A DNA stretch of 64,000 nucleotides, from NCBI GenBank assembly GCA_019748135.1, contig JAIEPZ010000005.1:23413-87412 (forward strand). The letters are read 5' to 3'. Under the pieces are notes generated by a model that was not told the DNA's origin, ran no database searches, and saw nothing but the letters and a program-made list of their open reading frames with translations. Positions 26,441-35,411 of the stretch are shown one piece after another. Source of the DNA: Hyphomicrobiales bacterium (GTDB taxonomy: Bacteria > Pseudomonadota > Alphaproteobacteria > Rhizobiales > UBA4765). Position 1 is the first letter of the stretch. The number at the start of each line of letters is the position of its first letter. A program made the translations under genes and the position numbers.

Positions 26441-28432
26441 ATGGCTGAAAAAGCCGTCGTGGATCAGGTCGTTGGCGATACGTTCGCCAAGCTGATGCTC
26501 GAACATGTTCGCCTGCGACCACAGCGCATTGCCATGCGCTGGAAGGATCTTGGCATCTGGCAGACATGGACGTGGGCTGAGACGGGCGAAGAGGTGATGA
26601 CCTTCTCGCTGGGGCTCAAGAGCCTGGGGGTTGCTCATGGCGACCGGGTGGCGATCATTGGCGCCAACCGCCCCAGACTTTACTGGGCCATCCTCGCCGC
26701 ACAGGCGCTTGGTGCCGTGCCGGTGCCGGTCTACGCCGATGCCGTTGCCGATGAGATGAGTTACGTGCTCGACCACGCCGAGGTGAAGGTGGCGGTGGTG
26801 CAGGATCAGGAGCAGGTCGACAAGGTCCTGAGCGTTGCTGAGCGCCTGCCAACCCTCAAGCACATCGTTTATGACAATGAACGGGGCTTGCGCGCCTACG
26901 ACCATACCCACCTTCATTCATTCGTTGAGCTGCAGCAGACGATGCGCGCGAGGATCGCTGCTGAGCCGCAGCTTGGCACGGCGTGGAAAAAGGCGATCGC
27001 CGATGGCAAGGGCTCTGACCCGTCAATCGTCCTCTATACGTCCGGCACGACGGGGCGCTCGAAAGGCGTGGTGCTGTCATCCGAGCGCTCGATTGCAGCG
27101 GCGCGTGATACAGTTGCCTTCGACCGGCTGACGGATGCCGACGAGGTGGTGTGCTACCTCCCGCTTGCCTGGGTGGGGGACCACTATCTGTCCTATGCCC
27201 AGGGGCTGGTGGCGGGTTTCTGCATGTCGTGCCCGGAAAGTCAGGCAACCGTTCAGGATGATCTGCGCGAGATCGGTCCGACCTTCTATTTCGCGCCGCC
27301 GCGCACGCTCGAAGCCTTGCTTACCCGCGTCATGATCCGCATGGAGGATGCGGGGGCGCTGAAGCAGGCCATGTTCAAATTCTTTCTGGCCCATGCCCGG
27401 CGCTGGGGCGAGAAGGTGCTGGATGGCGGCGATGTTCCTGCCGGCGCCAGAGTGCTCTACTGGCTTGGCAATCTCCTCATCTATGCGCCGCTGAAGAATG
27501 TTCTGGGCTTCTCGCGCATCCGTACCGCATATACGGCCGGCGAGGCGATCGGCCCTGATCTCTTTGCCTTCTACCGCTCGCTTGGCATCAATCTGAAACA
27601 GCTTTACGGGCAGACGGAAGCGTTTCTCTATGTCACCTGCCAGCCCGACGGGCAGATCCGCTCCGATACGGTCGGGCCGGCGGCGCCGCGTGTCGATATC
27701 CGCATCATTGACAGTGGCGAGGTTTATTTCCGCTCGCCAGGCCAGTTCATCGGCTATCTCAAGGATGACGACAAGACGGCTGAGACGATGACGCCCGATG
27801 GCTATGTGAAGACGGGCGATGCCGGTTTCTTCGATCAGGACGGCCATCTCAAGATCATTGATCGCGCCAAGGATGTTGGTCAGCTGCGCAACGGTTCGCT
27901 CTATGCCCCCAAATATATCGAAAACAAACTGAAATTCTTCCCGAATATCCGCGAAGCGGTCGCCTTCGGGCAGGATCAGGATTTTGTCACCGCGTTCATC
28001 AATATTGATCTCACCGCGGTGGGCAATTGGGCCGAGCGTAACAATCTGGCCTATTCATCCTATCAGGAGCTGGCGGGCCATCCGCGCATCTATGAGATGA
28101 TCGCGGCCAATCTCGACGAGGTGAACCGGGCGCTTGCCGGCGAGCCGCGCATGGCTGGCGCGCAGATCAAGCGCTTCCTGATCCTCCACAAGGAGCTGGA
28201 TGCGGATGATGGCGAGATGACACGCACCCAGAAAGTGCGGCGCTCCTTCGTTGCCGAGCGTTATGATCCGCTGATCAATGCTCTTTATTCCGGCAAGACG
28301 GAGTGTCCGATCGCGACGGAGGTGACGTTCGAGGATGGCCGCAAGGGCATGTTGTCGGCGGTGGTGAAGATCCAGGATCTGACGCTTTATCCGGCTGCCG
28401 GCTCGGCTGCCTACAGGGAAGCAGCCGAATGA
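26441..28432 (+). CDS. AMP-dependent acyl-CoA synthetase/ligase (long-chain-fatty-acid-CoA-ligase-like)
   Basis: AMP-binding motif YTSGTTGRSKGV and GDAGFFDQDGHLKIIDRAKD. AAGGAGG Shine-Dalgarno before the ATG at 26441. Confidence 0.85.
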   Translation: MAEKAVVDQVVGDTFAKLMLEHVRLRPQRIAMRWKDLGIWQTWTWAETGEEVMTFSLGLKSLGVAHGDRVAIIGANRPRLYWAILAAQALGAVPVPVYADAVADEMSYVLDHAEVKVAVVQDQEQVDKVLSVAERLPTLKHIVYDNERGLRAYDHTHLHSFVELQQTMRARIAAEPQLGTAWKKAIADGKGSDPSIVLYTSGTTGRSKGVVLSSERSIAAARDTVAFDRLTDADEVVCYLPLAWVGDHYLSYAQGLVAGFCMSCPESQATVQDDLREIGPTFYFAPPRTLEALLTRVMIRMEDAGALKQAMFKFFLAHARRWGEKVLDGGDVPAGARVLYWLGNLLIYAPLKNVLGFSRIRTAYTAGEAIGPDLFAFYRSLGINLKQLYGQTEAFLYVTCQPDGQIRSDTVGPAAPRVDIRIIDSGEVYFRSPGQFIGYLKDDDKTAETMTPDGYVKTGDAGFFDQDGHLKIIDRAKDVGQLRNGSLYAPKYIENKLKFFPNIREAVAFGQDQDFVTAFINIDLTAVGNWAERNNLAYSSYQELAGHPRIYEMIAANLDEVNRALAGEPRMAGAQIKRFLILHKELDADDGEMTRTQKVRRSFVAERYDPLINALYSGKTECPIATEVTFEDGRKGMLSAVVKIQDLTLYPAAGSAAYREAAE

Positions 28433-29259
28433 GTGAGGTCATGGCGAGAACGGCGTCCGACGAAGCTGTGATGGCAGCGCCAGATCCCGGCGTCGAAGTG
28501 CTGCTCAAGGTCGAGGATGTCAGCCTGTCGTTTGGCGGCGTCAAGGCGATCCAGGGCGTCAGCTTCGACATTCGCAAGGGTGAAATCCGCGCCATCATCG
28601 GCCCCAACGGGGCAGGCAAAACGTCGATGCTCAACGTCATCAACGGCTTTTATCATCCCCAGCAGGGGCGCATCACGTTCAAGGGCAATGTTCGTTCCGC
28701 CATGCGCCCGCATGAGGCGGCGGCCGGCGGTATTGCCCGCACCTTCCAGAATGTCGCGCTGTTTAAGGGCATGTCGACGATCGACAACATCATGGCCGGG
28801 CGCAGCCTGAAGATGAAGCGGGGTTTCGGCTGGCAGTTGTGGCGCGGCGGGCCGGCTTTGGCCGAGGACGTCGCTCATCGTCGATTTGTCGAGGGAATCA
28901 TCGATTTCCTCGAGATTCAGGCGATCCGCAAGCAGCCGGTGGGGCGGCTTCCCTATGGCTTGCAAAAGCGCGTCGAGCTTGGTCGCGCGCTGGCCATGGA
29001 GCCTGATCTGCTGCTGCTTGATGAGCCGATGGCTGGCATGAATGTCGAGGAGAAAGAGGACATGTGCCGTTTCATTCTCGACACGCGCGAACAGTTCGGC
29101 ACGACGATTGCCCTCATCGAGCACGACATGGGCGTGGTGATGGATCTGTCGGACCGGGTGGTCGTCCTCGACTATGGGCGCAAGATCGCCGATGGCACGC
29201 CGGACGAGGTGAAGGCCGACCAGTCGGTTATCGATGCCTATCTGGGCGTGGCGCATTGA
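28429..29259 (+). CDS. ABC transporter ATP-binding protein, LivG-like
   Basis: Walker A GPNGAGKTS, Walker B LLLDEP. ATGA overlap with the ligase stop. Confidence 0.88.
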   Translation: MSEVMARTASDEAVMAAPDPGVEVLLKVEDVSLSFGGVKAIQGVSFDIRKGEIRAIIGPNGAGKTSMLNVINGFYHPQQGRITFKGNVRSAMRPHEAAAGGIARTFQNVALFKGMSTIDNIMAGRSLKMKRGFGWQLWRGGPALAEDVAHRRFVEGIIDFLEIQAIRKQPVGRLPYGLQKRVELGRALAMEPDLLLLDEPMAGMNVEEKEDMCRFILDTREQFGTTIALIEHDMGVVMDLSDRVVVLDYGRKIADGTPDEVKADQSVIDAYLGVAH

Positions 29260-29281
29260 GGGCGGATGTGAGGAGCAGACG

Positions 29282-30394
29282 ATGAGCGATGCGGTCATAG
29301 CGAAGGGCGATGGTGACGCGGCACGCTGGCACAAGGCGCTTCCCGCCCTGGCAACGCTTGGCGCTCTGGCAGCGATCGTCGCGGCTGCCATGACGGGGGT
29401 GATTGCGCGTGGCAATCTTATCTATGATATTTTCATCGACCCCGTCGTCGCCATCGTCTCGCTTCCCGATCTGTTCGTCCAGACAGTTTGGGAAGGGTTT
29501 GTCGCGGGTGTGCTTTATGCCCTGATCGCGCTTGGTTTCGTGCTGATCTACAAGGCATCGGGCGTCTTCAATTTCGCGCAAGGCATCATGGTGGTGTTTG
29601 CCGCCCTGACACTCGTCGGGCTTTACGAGTTCTTGGATAATGCCGGCCTGCCGGCGGGCGGATTGCTGGCACTTCTGGCACTCGTACTGACGCTGGCTGT
29701 CATGTTTGCGCTGGCTGTGACGGTCGAGCGCGTTGTTTTGCGGCCCCTGGTCAATCAGCCTGAAATCATTCTCTTCATGGCGACTTTCGGTCTCACCTAT
29801 GTGCTTATCGGCTTTGGCGAGATGGTGTTTGGCGGCAATCCGAAAGTCATGATCACCCAGGCGCTGGGGCTGCCGACGGGGGTCAGCGACTTTGCCATTC
29901 TGGGCGGGCGTGTGTCGATCCAGCATCTGGATGTCGCGGCCGCGATCATCGCCACCACGATGATTGCTTGCCTTGCCTTCTTCTTCCAGTATACGCGCAT
30001 CGGGCGGGCGCTCAGGGCGGTTGCCGACAGTCACAAGGCGGCCCTTTCAGTTGGCATCACGCTCAACCAGATCTGGATCGTGGTGTGGTTTGCCGCCGGC
30101 ATTGTGGCACTCGTCACCGGCATCATGTGGGGCGCGCGCTCGGATGTGTCGTTTGCCCTCGACATCATTGCGCTCAAAGCGCTGCCGGTGCTGATCCTGG
30201 GTGGTTTCACCTCGATACCCGGCGCCATCATCGGCGGCCTGATCATCGGCATCGGCGAAAAGCTCGGTGAATTCTACTGGGGCCCGCTGTTTGGCAACGG
30301 CATCGAGACCTGGTTTGCCTATATCATCGCCCTCATCTTCCTGCTGTTTCGGCCGCATGGCCTGTTCGGCGAGAAAATCATCGAGCGCATCTGA
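29282..30394 (+). CDS. Branched-chain-amino-acid-type ABC permease, LivH-like
   Basis: Polytopic. AGVLYALIALGFVLIYKASGVFNFAQG is typical of the LivH family. Confidence 0.85.
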   Translation: MSDAVIAKGDGDAARWHKALPALATLGALAAIVAAAMTGVIARGNLIYDIFIDPVVAIVSLPDLFVQTVWEGFVAGVLYALIALGFVLIYKASGVFNFAQGIMVVFAALTLVGLYEFLDNAGLPAGGLLALLALVLTLAVMFALAVTVERVVLRPLVNQPEIILFMATFGLTYVLIGFGEMVFGGNPKVMITQALGLPTGVSDFAILGGRVSIQHLDVAAAIIATTMIACLAFFFQYTRIGRALRAVADSHKAALSVGITLNQIWIVVWFAAGIVALVTGIMWGARSDVSFALDIIALKALPVLILGGFTSIPGAIIGGLIIGIGEKLGEFYWGPLFGNGIETWFAYIIALIFLLFRPHGLFGEKIIERI

Positions 30395-30418
30395 GCCGGG
30401 CGCGGGAGAAAAGACCAC

Positions 30419-31498
30419 ATGTATTATCGTGAAACCGGTCAGTACAAGACGAGCTATATCGGCGATATGGCGGTGTTTCCGATCCGCCAGGACCGCATCG
30501 GCATCGCCCTCATTCTGCTGGCTGCCTATGTTGCAATCCCGGCGCTGTCGAGCGAGTTCGTGCTGAAGACCATCATGATCCCCTCGCTGGTATTTGCGCT
30601 GGCGGCGATCGGCCTCAATATTCTGGTGGGTTATACCGGCCTCATCTCGCTTGGTACGGCGGGCTTCATGGGGGTTGGCGCCTATGCCTGCTACAAGCTG
30701 ACGCTGGCCTTCCCCGAGATCAATATCATCGTCTGGATCATTGCATCGGGCTTTTTTTCCGCAGCAATCGGCGTCCTCTTCGGCCTGCCATCACTGCGCA
30801 TCAAGGGCTTTTATCTGGCGGTCGCGACGCTGGCTGCCCAGTTCTTCCTGCAATGGTCGTTCGTGCGTGTGCCGTGGCTGTTCAATTACAACACCTCGGG
30901 TTCGATCGAAGTGCCAACGCGCACGCTCATGGGTATCGCGATCACCGGTCCAACCGCGTCGCTGGAGGCAAAATATCTGATCTGTCTCACCATCGTCGTG
31001 CTGCTGACCTGGCTTGCGTCAAACCTCGTCCACGGGCGCGTCGGGCGGGCGTGGATGGCGGTGCGCGACATGGATATCGCTGCCGAACTGATGGGCATCA
31101 AACTGTTTGAAGCCAAGCTGCTCGCGTTTGCCGTTTCGTCCTTTTACTGCGGCGTGGCGGGCGCCATGGCGGTCTTCCTGTGGCTGGGAGGGGCGGAGGC
31201 TGGCACCGAATTCTCGATCCAGCGTTCCTTTGTCATTCTCTTCATCGTCATCATTGGCGGGTTAGGCAGCCTCATCGGCTCCTTTCTGGGCGCAGCCCTT
31301 CTGGTGGCGCAGCCGACCATCCTGAAATTCGGCCTGCCTGCCATCGGTATCCCGTTGACGGGTGCCAATGCCGAGCACATCAACTCGATGATCACCGGGG
31401 CGCTGATCATCTTCTTCCTGATCGTCGAGCCGCTTGGCCTTGCGCGTTTGTGGCAGATCACCAAGCAGAAACTGAGGGTATGGCCGTTTCCATATTAA
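30419..31498 (+). CDS. Branched-chain-amino-acid-type ABC permease, LivM-like
   Basis: Polytopic. GYTGLISLGTAGFMGVGAY motif of the LivM family. Confidence 0.85.
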   Translation: MYYRETGQYKTSYIGDMAVFPIRQDRIGIALILLAAYVAIPALSSEFVLKTIMIPSLVFALAAIGLNILVGYTGLISLGTAGFMGVGAYACYKLTLAFPEINIIVWIIASGFFSAAIGVLFGLPSLRIKGFYLAVATLAAQFFLQWSFVRVPWLFNYNTSGSIEVPTRTLMGIAITGPTASLEAKYLICLTIVVLLTWLASNLVHGRVGRAWMAVRDMDIAAELMGIKLFEAKLLAFAVSSFYCGVAGAMAVFLWLGGAEAGTEFSIQRSFVILFIVIIGGLGSLIGSFLGAALLVAQPTILKFGLPAIGIPLTGANAEHINSMITGALIIFFLIVEPLGLARLWQITKQKLRVWPFPY

Positions 31499-31580
31499 AT
31501 GCGTAATCTGACGACAAGCCCGGGGTGCACCGGGAGCAAATTACCGGCAAAACAGCCGTTCGTTCCAAGGGAGGTTATGT

Positions 31581-32906
31581 ATGAAATCGACACGAGTACT
31601 GACAGCGGCCCTCACTCTGGCCGCCGCACTGAGCGCAGGTGGATGGGCGCAAGCCCAGGAGCAGATCACGCTTGTCAGCAACACCTACCGCACCGGAGCG
31701 TTTGCCGGTTCGGGCATCCCGATTGCCGATGGCATGCGTGATTTCATCACCATGATCAACGCGCGGGATGGCGGCGTCAACGGCGTCAGAATCGCTTTCG
31801 AGGAATGCGAGACCGGCTACGACACCAAGAAATCCATCGAATGCTATGAACAGGCGCGCGCCAAGGGATCGGTGATGTATCTGCCGTGGTCGACGGGGGC
31901 AACGCTTGCTGCCATTCCACGCGCTCATATCGACAAGATGCCGGTGATGTCGATGGCCTATGGCCTGTCGGCGTCAGCCAATGGCGAGACGTTTCCATGG
32001 ATTTTCAATCCGCCGCTTACCTATTGGGATGGCGCGTCGATTGCCGTTCGCTATTTTGCCGATCGTGAGGGCGGTTTTGACAAGCTGAAAGGCAAGACGA
32101 TCGGCCTGGTGCATCTTGATGCCCCCTATGGCAAGGAGCCCATCCCGGTGCTTGATGCGCTTGCCAAGGAATATGGCTTCACTCTGAAGCTCTATCCGGT
32201 GGCACCGACCGAAATGCAGAACCAGTCATCATTGTGGCTGTCGATCCGTCGCGACCGCCCGGACTGGATCTATCTTCAGGGCTGGGGAGCGATGAACCCG
32301 ACGGCTGTGCGGGAAGCCGGCCGTGCGGGCTTTCCTGTCGACAAGGTTCTGGGCGTGTGGTGGTCGGGTGGGGATGATGATGCCCGCCCCGCTGGTCCGG
32401 CCGGCAAGGGATACAAATCCCTCTCCTGGCATCAGGTCGGCACCGATTTCCCGCTGTTGCAGGACGTGATCAAACACGTCGTCGACAAGGGACAAAGCCA
32501 GTCACCAAAGGACAAGGTTGGCGACAGCCTTTACAATCGCGGCCTCTATCAGGGCGTGCTGTTTGTCGAAGCCGTCCGCAACGCCCAGAAGCTGACCGGC
32601 AAGAAGGTGATCACGGCCGAGGACATGCGTCGCGGCCTGGAAGCACTCGACATTCCAGCTGAGCGCTGGAAGGCGCTGGGAGCGGACGGGTTTGCCGCTC
32701 CTGTCAAGGTGAGCTGTTCCAATCATAATGGCCACAATGATGCGTTCATTCTCGATTGGGACGGGACCAAGTGGCAGAAGGGCTCGAACTGGCTGAAGCC
32801 GCTGAGCGAAAAGGTTCAACCGCTGATCGATCAGGCGGCCAAGGACTATGCGGCGCAAAACAGCGGCTGGCCGAAGCGCTCGGAGGCTTGCGACCAGCGT
32901 TCGTGA
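31581..32906 (+). CDS. ABC substrate-binding protein, LivK/type-I periplasmic binding fold (large variant)
   Basis: 441 aa. Signal peptide (LTAALTLAAALSAGGWAQA). Lies between the permeases and the second ATPase. Confidence 0.8.
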   Translation: MKSTRVLTAALTLAAALSAGGWAQAQEQITLVSNTYRTGAFAGSGIPIADGMRDFITMINARDGGVNGVRIAFEECETGYDTKKSIECYEQARAKGSVMYLPWSTGATLAAIPRAHIDKMPVMSMAYGLSASANGETFPWIFNPPLTYWDGASIAVRYFADREGGFDKLKGKTIGLVHLDAPYGKEPIPVLDALAKEYGFTLKLYPVAPTEMQNQSSLWLSIRRDRPDWIYLQGWGAMNPTAVREAGRAGFPVDKVLGVWWSGGDDDARPAGPAGKGYKSLSWHQVGTDFPLLQDVIKHVVDKGQSQSPKDKVGDSLYNRGLYQGVLFVEAVRNAQKLTGKKVITAEDMRRGLEALDIPAERWKALGADGFAAPVKVSCSNHNGHNDAFILDWDGTKWQKGSNWLKPLSEKVQPLIDQAAKDYAAQNSGWPKRSEACDQRS

Positions 32907-32974
32907 TATGAACCAGGCTCCCTCTGCATGAGGCGGAGGGAGCCGTTCTTTATCGTAAGCGGAGAAGCATTTCG

Positions 32975-33841
32975 ATGTCGGCAGCATCAGAAGCGGTCAG
33001 CGGGCTTGCCCTGAAATCCGAGACGCCGATGCCGGCGGTGCCGCTCATACTTGACGTCAACAATGTCGAGGTCATCTATGACCGCGTCATCCTGGTGCTC
33101 AAGGGCGTGTCGCTTGCTGTCCCCAGGGGCGGTATCGTTGCCATTCTCGGTGCCAATGGCGCTGGCAAGACGACGACGCTCAAGGCCATTTCCAATCTGC
33201 TGCGTGCCGAGCGTGGGGAGGTGACGAAGGGGTCGATCACCTTCGATGATCACCGTGTCGACAACCTGTCGCCCAATCAGCTGGTGCGCGCTGGCTGCAT
33301 CCAGGTGATGGAGGGGCGGCAATGCTTCGGTCATCTGACGATTGAGGAAAATCTGCTCACCGGCGCCTTCACCCGCAAGGATGGCAAGCGGGCGATCAAT
33401 GATGATCTGGAACGCATCTATACCTATTTCCCGAAGCTCAAGGACCGGCGCAAATCGCAGGCGGGCTATACGTCGGGTGGCGAGCAGCAGATGACGGCGT
33501 TCGGGCGGGCGATGATGTCGCGACCCAAGATGATTTTGCTCGATGAGCCATCCATGGGATTGGCGCCACAGATTGTCGAACAGATTTTCGAGATCGTTCG
33601 TGATGTCAACCAGCGCGAAAATATATCGTTCCTGATTGCCGAGCAGAATACCAATATGGCGCTGCGTTATGCTCATTACGGATACATCATGGAGACGGGC
33701 CGCATCGTCATGGATGGGGCGGCGAGCGCGCTGCGTGAAAACGAGGACGTGAAAGAATTCTATCTCGGTGTTTCGGGGGGCGGGCGCAAGAATTTCAAAG
33801 ATCTCAAATTCTATAAACGCCGGAAGCGCTGGTTGTCATGA
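32975..33841 (+). CDS. ABC transporter ATP-binding protein, LivF-like
   Basis: Walker A GANGAGKTT, signature TSGGEQQM, Walker B ILLDEPS. GGAGAAG Shine-Dalgarno. Confidence 0.88.
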   Translation: MSAASEAVSGLALKSETPMPAVPLILDVNNVEVIYDRVILVLKGVSLAVPRGGIVAILGANGAGKTTTLKAISNLLRAERGEVTKGSITFDDHRVDNLSPNQLVRAGCIQVMEGRQCFGHLTIEENLLTGAFTRKDGKRAINDDLERIYTYFPKLKDRRKSQAGYTSGGEQQMTAFGRAMMSRPKMILLDEPSMGLAPQIVEQIFEIVRDVNQRENISFLIAEQNTNMALRYAHYGYIMETGRIVMDGAASALRENEDVKEFYLGVSGGGRKNFKDLKFYKRRKRWLS

Positions 33842-33936
33842 CTGCTTATTTTATGCGCATTTTTACCAGTGACGCGGTAAATATTTGCGGCGTATAATTG
33901 AGATGGGAACGTTACCTTCGGATAGTCGTAGATATT

Positions 33937-34101
33937 GGTAGAGGTGACTACGCTCTGGCAGTTCCGCTCTTGTGTCGTGGTTATGGGTGATATGACCAAT
34001 CAATACGGATCAGCGCGGCGGTCACGCTGCCTCACCGATACCGGAATGGTGGATAGGTGACTGGAACATTCGTCTCTTGTGTCAGCTGGTATCGATATGG
34101 C
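33937..34101. repeat. Two imperfect ~55-nt direct repeats inside a 334-nt AT-richer gap
   Basis: Copy 1 spans ~33937-33996 and copy 2 ~34047-34101. They share the ordered blocks TGG-A-AGGTGACT, CTCTTGTGTC, GGT(T)AT and GATATG. Each copy is followed by a CAGCG...CGCTG-type short hairpin. Confidence 0.4.
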
Positions 34102-34175
34102 AGCGCTGAAGCCGGCAGCGGCCTGGCGCCTTTGTCCGGCCTGAAACCCTGTAGTCGTGAACGCTGGGATCTGCG

Positions 34176-35411
34176 ATGACGCCCGATCATTTTGATCGTC
34201 AGGAAACGCGAGAGCCGATCCAGCGCGAGCGGGCGCAGTTCAAGACGCTGCGCGCCTTGCTGTCCTACTCCAAAGCCAAGGCTCCGCAACTGCGCCAGCA
34301 GATCAAGGACGTGGATCCACGCGAGATCACGTCGCGCAGCGCGCTGGCGCAATTGCCGGTCTTGCGCAAATCCGACCTGCTCGATTTGCAGACAGGCGCT
34401 GAACCTTTTGGCGGCCTTGCGGCCCGGCGCTGCGGATCGATGAGCCGGCTCTTCCTGTCGCCGGGCCCCATCGCCGAACCCGAGGGGTCGTCATCGGATT
34501 GGTGGGGAGCAGCGCGGGCGCTTTTTGCGGCCGGTTTCCGCAAGAATAATGTCATTCTTAACACGTTCTCCTACCACATGACGCCGGGTGGCTTCATCAT
34601 GGACAGCGGCGCGCGCGCGCTTGGCTGCGCGGTCGTGCCCTCGGGGCCTGGCAATACCGAGCAGCAGATGGCCTGTCTGCGACGGTTTGAGCCCGACGGC
34701 TATGTCGGCGTTCCCGATTTCCTCAAAATATTGATCGAAAAAGCAGCGGAAGAGGGCATCTCACAGCCTTTCGACCGGGCGCTGGTGTCCGGCGCGGCGC
34801 TGACGCCGGCGCTTCAGAAGTTCTTCAAGCAGCACAAGCTTCCTGTCTATCAAGCCTATGCGACGGCTGATCTTGGGGTGGTTGCCTATGAAAGCGACGC
34901 GCGCCAGGGGCTGATTATCAATGAAACAGTGATCGTTGAAATCGTCCGTCCGGGTACAGGGGATATCGTCGAGGATGGCGAGGTTGGCGAAGTTGTGGTG
35001 ACCCGCCTCAACCAGGATTATCCGCTGCTGCGCTTTGCCACCGGCGATCTGTCGAAAATCCTGCCGGGCCGCTCATCCTGCGGGCGCTCCAATCAGCTTC
35101 TGGCGGGATGGCTCGGGCGCGCTGATCAGGCGACGAAAGTCAAGGGCATGTTCGTTCATCCCGGCACCATCGTTGATATCATGAAGCGGCATGCGCAGAT
35201 CACCAAGGTACGGCTGGTCGTCAGTCGCAAGGATGATCAAGATGTGATGACACTGCACGGCGAATGTGCCAATCCCGTCAACGGTCTTGCCGACGGTGTT
35301 GCATCGACGTTGCGTGAGCTCACCAAAATGAGCGGGATTGTCAAAATCGTCGCTGCCGGGTCGCTGCCAAATGACGGGCGCATTATTGCTGACGAGCGCG
35401 CCGACCAATAA
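34176..35411 (+). CDS. Phenylacetate-CoA ligase (PaaK)/coenzyme F390 synthetase-family adenylating enzyme
   Basis: 411 aa. Family-typical length and blocks (AYATADLGVVAYE, LLRFATGDLS). Confidence 0.8.
   Translation: MTPDHFDRQETREPIQRERAQFKTLRALLSYSKAKAPQLRQQIKDVDPREITSRSALAQLPVLRKSDLLDLQTGAEPFGGLAARRCGSMSRLFLSPGPIAEPEGSSSDWWGAARALFAAGFRKNNVILNTFSYHMTPGGFIMDSGARALGCAVVPSGPGNTEQQMACLRRFEPDGYVGVPDFLKILIEKAAEEGISQPFDRALVSGAALTPALQKFFKQHKLPVYQAYATADLGVVAYESDARQGLIINETVIVEIVRPGTGDIVEDGEVGEVVVTRLNQDYPLLRFATGDLSKILPGRSSCGRSNQLLAGWLGRADQATKVKGMFVHPGTIVDIMKRHAQITKVRLVVSRKDDQDVMTLHGECANPVNGLADGVASTLRELTKMSGIVKIVAAGSLPNDGRIIADERADQ

Noticed and set aside
33811-34352. Minus-strand ORFs 33811-33999 (62 aa) and 34032-34352 (106 aa), and two tiny plus-strand uORFs starting at the GATATG ends of the repeats (22 and 15 codons), in the livF/paaK gap.
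   Set aside because: They have no coding-type GC3 bias and no Shine-Dalgarno. The peptides are unrelated to each other despite the repeated DNA. I treat the region as non-coding and report it only as a repeat.
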